The notes beneath the pieces were generated by a model. The model did no database searches. It saw nothing but the letters and a program-made list of their open reading frames with translations, and was not told the DNA's origin. From an uncultured delta proteobacterium (GTDB taxonomy: Bacteria; Myxococcota_A; Polyangia; Fen-1088): 64,000 nt of DNA. The position numbers and the translations under genes were made by a program. The stretch's first letter is position 1, and the number at the start of each line of letters is the position of its first letter. The DNA lies in NCBI GenBank assembly GCA_963755125.1, contig CAVWIP010000010.1, positions 64,001 through 128,000 on the forward strand, in the 5' to 3' direction. This document shows positions 59,502-64,000 of this stretch, one piece after another.

Positions 59502-62005
59502 GCGCCAGCCCCTCGGCGCGAGCGCCAGCCCTGGTATAGAAGAAGAACCGAAGGCAGAACCATCACCGCCGTCGCCAGGCAGGTCAACTCGCCCATGACT
59601 GCGAACAGGCCAAAGAGAAAAAGACCGCGGTTCTGCGCCACCAGCAGCGACGAATACCCGATGATGGTCGTGGCCGAGCACAGACTGACGGCACCGCCGG
59701 TGGCGCTGATCGCTGCCGTCACGTCGGAGCGTCCGTCCTGCAGGTAGCGGCCCATCACGTTGACCGCGTAGTCCACCCCGATCCCGAAGGTGATGGGGAA
59801 CGCGATGAGGTTGATGAAGTTGATGCGAACACCGAGGTAGATGGTGGCCGCCAGCATCCACCCGACGCCGATCACCAGTGAGCCTATGACGAACGGGGTG
59901 GCCAGGCTGGCGCGAAACAGGACCACGACGACCAGCACCACGCCAAACAAGGCGAGCAGCGAGGCCAGCGGGCCATCGCGGCTCATGCAGGCCAGGATGT
60001 CGGCCGAGAGTGGCGGAGCGCCGGCCACACGGGCCGCCGCCCCTGAGGTGCCGCGCGCCGAGGCAGCAATGTCGCGCAGGTGCTCGACGAAACTTGAGAT
60101 GTCGGGGCCGTACCAGGTGGTCTGCGTGGGCCGCGGAAACACCAGGATGGTCCGGCCCAGCGTCCCGTCACGCTCGCGCAGCCCGGTGAGCAGCCCGTCG
60201 GGCAGGTCGGCCACCGTGATGGCAGGCATTGGCCCGCTGCCGAGAAAGCGCTCCACCTTGTCTTGCTCGTCAGGCGAAAACTGCGCGCGAATCCGGGGCG
60301 TCAGCTTCTTGCGCAAGCGCTCGATGATCTTCTGCTTCTCCGCCTGTTCCGTGGGAAGCACGTCGTCGGCCGTCACGATCGAGGAAATGCGTGCGTCGAG
60401 CGGCGGCCGGGTAGCGGCCTCGCGCAGGCGGGTCGCGATGGCGCGGGTCTGCGCCACCTGATCGGCCAGGATCACAGTCGGCGTGACCTGACGGCCGAGG
60501 AGCTGGTCCATTCTCGCGCCCCAGTAACCTTCACCGGAGACCCAGGTGTCGCGGCGCCGGAGTTTGCTGAAGTCGTGCTCAAGCTGATTTCGGCCAAAGT
60601 GGCGGAACTGAAACAGGGCGAGCAGGGTGAGCACCAGCGCGGCCAGGGCGAACGGAACAGGACTGTGCGCGATGCGATTGGCCAGCAGTTCCATGGGCCG
60701 CAGCCGTGCCGCCCGCTCGCTCAGCGGCCTGAGCCGTCCCCTGTCCAGCCACGCGATCAGGGACGGGGAAAGCAGGAAGGTCGCGGTCCAGCACAGCACC
60801 ATTCCCAGCCCGCCGATGACGCCGAACTGGCGGAACCCGCGAAAGTCCATGGCCACCAGGGAGCCGTATGCCGCCGCAGCCGCGAGCGCCGCCGAGAGCG
60901 TCCCCACCCGGGTTCCCGACAGGCTGATGGCCAGCGACTCCTCCATCGAGACGCCGCGTCGACGTGCCTCGACATAGCGTGCGAGCAGCACGATGCCGAA
61001 GTTGATGCCGTTGCCCACGATGATCGATCCGAGAAACGCGGTGTTGGAGTTGAGCGCGGTGATGCGCCAGGGTGGCAGGCTGGCAAGAGCGAACGCGGTC
61101 ACCGCCCCGATGGCAAGCGGGGCCAGCAGAATGGGCACCGCGGCCACCCAGCGGTAGTAGAGCACCAGCGCGATGATCACCAGGACGATGACCAGGATCG
61201 ACGAGAAGGTCAGATCCACCACCAGGGCTGACATCTCCTCGACCGAAATAGGTACGTCGCCCGTGAACCCGACACGCATCCCCGGCGCATAGTGGGCCGG
61301 ACCTCCCAACTCGGCCAGATCGCGGCGTACCCGGTCGAGCAGTTCGCTGGCCTGCTTGGTCCCCGTCGAGTAGCTGCCCACCTCGACCAGCATGAGGGTG
61401 AGGCCGAGGCTGCGGCTGGAGAAGCGATCCCCGCTCAGCCCCGGTTCATCGAGCCGCGACTGGTACTTCTTCTCCAAGTCGGACACGTCGACCGCAGGGG
61501 GCGGCTCACTTTCGTCAAGAAGCATGTCCTGCTCCTTCATCAACTCGTAGTGGATGCGCTCTTCGATGCGCTGGCGCAGCACCTCGAGATCGGGCAGGTC
61601 CATGTACAGGGGCCGGTGCTGCTCGACGAAACTCCGCTCGGCGGCCGTGCCCAGGCGAACCGTGCGCACCAGATCCGGTGGGTAGCTGCGGACCCGGGCC
61701 GCCAGATCGTCAAGCAGGCGCTCGCCCGCGAGCAGGTTGTCGGCCGAGCCCACGTCGACCAGCACGCCCAGGTACTGCAGCCCGGGCATGCGAGCGCGCA
61801 ACTCGTCGAGCGCGAGCACGCTGGGCGCGCTCCGGGGCAGCAGTTCCTCGAGATCACTGCGCAGGTTGAAGTAGAGCTTGACGGTGGCCATGGCCGACGG
61901 CACGGCGAGCGCGATGGCGACGAGCCAGAGGATGCGGCCGTGCCTGAGCGCCCACGCTACGAAGGCGCGACAGCGTGGGCCGGGATGGACCGGGGAAGAG
62001 GTCAA
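59498..62005 (-). CDS. MMPL/RND-family transporter
   Basis: Two halves with GSIIVGNGINFGIVLLARY and PITFGIGVDYAVNVMGRY; ATTIIGYSSLL. Start uncertain (62005 or 62074). Confidence 0.9.
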   Translation of the reverse strand: MTSSPVHPGPRCRAFVAWALRHGRILWLVAIALAVPSAMATVKLYFNLRSDLEELLPRSAPSVLALDELRARMPGLQYLGVLVDVGSADNLLAGERLLDDLAARVRSYPPDLVRTVRLGTAAERSFVEQHRPLYMDLPDLEVLRQRIEERIHYELMKEQDMLLDESEPPPAVDVSDLEKKYQSRLDEPGLSGDRFSSRSLGLTLMLVEVGSYSTGTKQASELLDRVRRDLAELGGPAHYAPGMRVGFTGDVPISVEEMSALVVDLTFSSILVIVLVIIALVLYYRWVAAVPILLAPLAIGAVTAFALASLPPWRITALNSNTAFLGSIIVGNGINFGIVLLARYVEARRRGVSMEESLAISLSGTRVGTLSAALAAAAAYGSLVAMDFRGFRQFGVIGGLGMVLCWTATFLLSPSLIAWLDRGRLRPLSERAARLRPMELLANRIAHSPVPFALAALVLTLLALFQFRHFGRNQLEHDFSKLRRRDTWVSGEGYWGARMDQLLGRQVTPTVILADQVAQTRAIATRLREAATRPPLDARISSIVTADDVLPTEQAEKQKIIERLRKKLTPRIRAQFSPDEQDKVERFLGSGPMPAITVADLPDGLLTGLRERDGTLGRTILVFPRPTQTTWYGPDISSFVEHLRDIAASARGTSGAAARVAGAPPLSADILACMSRDGPLASLLALFGVVLVVVVLFRASLATPFVIGSLVIGVGWMLAATIYLGVRINFINLIAFPITFGIGVDYAVNVMGRYLQDGRSDVTAAISATGGAVSLCSATTIIGYSSLLVAQNRGLFLFGLFAVMGELTCLATAVMVLPSVLLLYQGWRSRRGAGA

Positions 62006-62121
62006 GTGGAGAGGACCGATGCGACGGGAGCCTGGGAGGCTCGAAATGTAGCAGACAAGCGCGAGGGAGTGCACAGACTACGCGCGGCGCGGGCCGAAGA
62101 ATCGAGGTACAAGATCGGACC

Positions 62122-62922
62122 ATGTTCGCCCTGAAGAAACTGCTGTCCGCAGCCCTGCAGCCTGGGTTCGTGCTGCTCATCGTCATGTTGGTGGGGCTGA
62201 TCCTGCTGTGGTTCAGCAAGAAACAGCGAGCGGCCAAGGCCCTTCTGACCGCGGGTCTCGCACTCCTGGCGCTGCTCTTCCTCGACCCCGTGGCCCGCGC
62301 CCTGGTTCGTCCGCTGGAAGCGACCTATCCCCCGTTGCTGGCTGAGGCGACGCAGACCGTTTCGAGCCTGCCTGACGGCTCGCCAGCGCCGCGCTGGGTG
62401 GTGGTGCTGGGGGGCGGACACATCGATAACCGCTCGCTCGCCGCCTCTCAGCAGCTGTCCGCACCGACCCTGGCACGCCTGGCCGAAGGCATCCGCCTGC
62501 AGCGACTTCTGCCTGAGTCAAAGCTGGTCCTGTCAGGTGGCGGAAACCGCCATGAAGCGACCGAGGCCGGCCTACTGGCGGGAGCCGGTACCAGCCTGGG
62601 TGCCCCACGCGAGCGTATGGTCCTCGAATCCCAGTCCCGCGACACCATCGACGAAGTGCGGGCGCTGCACGCGACTCTGGGCCAGGAACGCTTCGTGCTG
62701 GTGACCTCGGCCACGCACCTGCCCCGGGCCATGGCCATGTTCGAGAAGGCCGGCATGAACCCCATTCCTGCCCCCACCGATTACCTCGATGCCGATGAGT
62801 CCGCAGACGTGGGTCGCCTGTTCGCCTTGATCCCACGTGCGGGAGCCGCCGGGACGATCGAACGGGCCCTGCACGAATATCTGGGGCTTTTCTGGGCCAG
62901 GCTGCGCGGGCAAGCACGATAG
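62122..62922 (+). CDS. YdcF/ElyC-family (DUF218) envelope biogenesis protein
   Basis: VVVLGGG, RLAEG, LSGG, SRDTIDE, LVTSATHLPRA, PAPTD, HEYLG. Confidence 0.9.
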   Translation: MFALKKLLSAALQPGFVLLIVMLVGLILLWFSKKQRAAKALLTAGLALLALLFLDPVARALVRPLEATYPPLLAEATQTVSSLPDGSPAPRWVVVLGGGHIDNRSLAASQQLSAPTLARLAEGIRLQRLLPESKLVLSGGGNRHEATEAGLLAGAGTSLGAPRERMVLESQSRDTIDEVRALHATLGQERFVLVTSATHLPRAMAMFEKAGMNPIPAPTDYLDADESADVGRLFALIPRAGAAGTIERALHEYLGLFWARLRGQAR

Positions 62923-62966
62923 TTTCCTTCAGTGTAACCTTCGCAAAATCAAGGAGCCCCGTTCCC

Positions 62967-64000
<1,034 letters not shown>

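Overview
GC-rich bacterial chromosome segment. Its gene content (many Asp/Gly-tethered lipoproteins, a GDxDxDG-type pilin, myxobacterial-style TPR and MMPL proteins) points to Myxococcota; this is inference. It is mostly housekeeping DNA: gltB, pheA, fabI, a chorismate mutase-PDT-DAHP synthase fusion, ampG, rpe, carB-greA, purU, rlmD, aat and pgm. Envelope modules are interleaved: a 5-gene LolD/FtsX/LolA-like/barrel export operon, two tandem paralogous 13-14-domain Ig-like lipoproteins, a sigma54 pilin, and MMPL-GtrA next to a radical SAM gene. I found no rRNA, tRNA, CRISPR array or transposase. The best finding is an ~80-bp structured palindromic element. It forms a tandem intergenic array at 11007-11319 and also sits in-frame inside carB at 40378-40462, adding about 30 aa at a domain linker. 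Its GC-AAA-GC hairpin is kept by compensatory base changes in three divergent versions. Other highlights: a GlnR-like regulator with GlnR-box-like repeats divergent from gltB, a degenerate PDT catalytic motif in the trifunctional fusion, a duplicated GTAAA-N5-GTAAA promoter, Gly/Arg variable loops on the Ig domains, a hexapeptide-repeat lipoprotein, and three adjacent N-terminus-modifying enzymes. All calls come from motif recognition; no searches were run.
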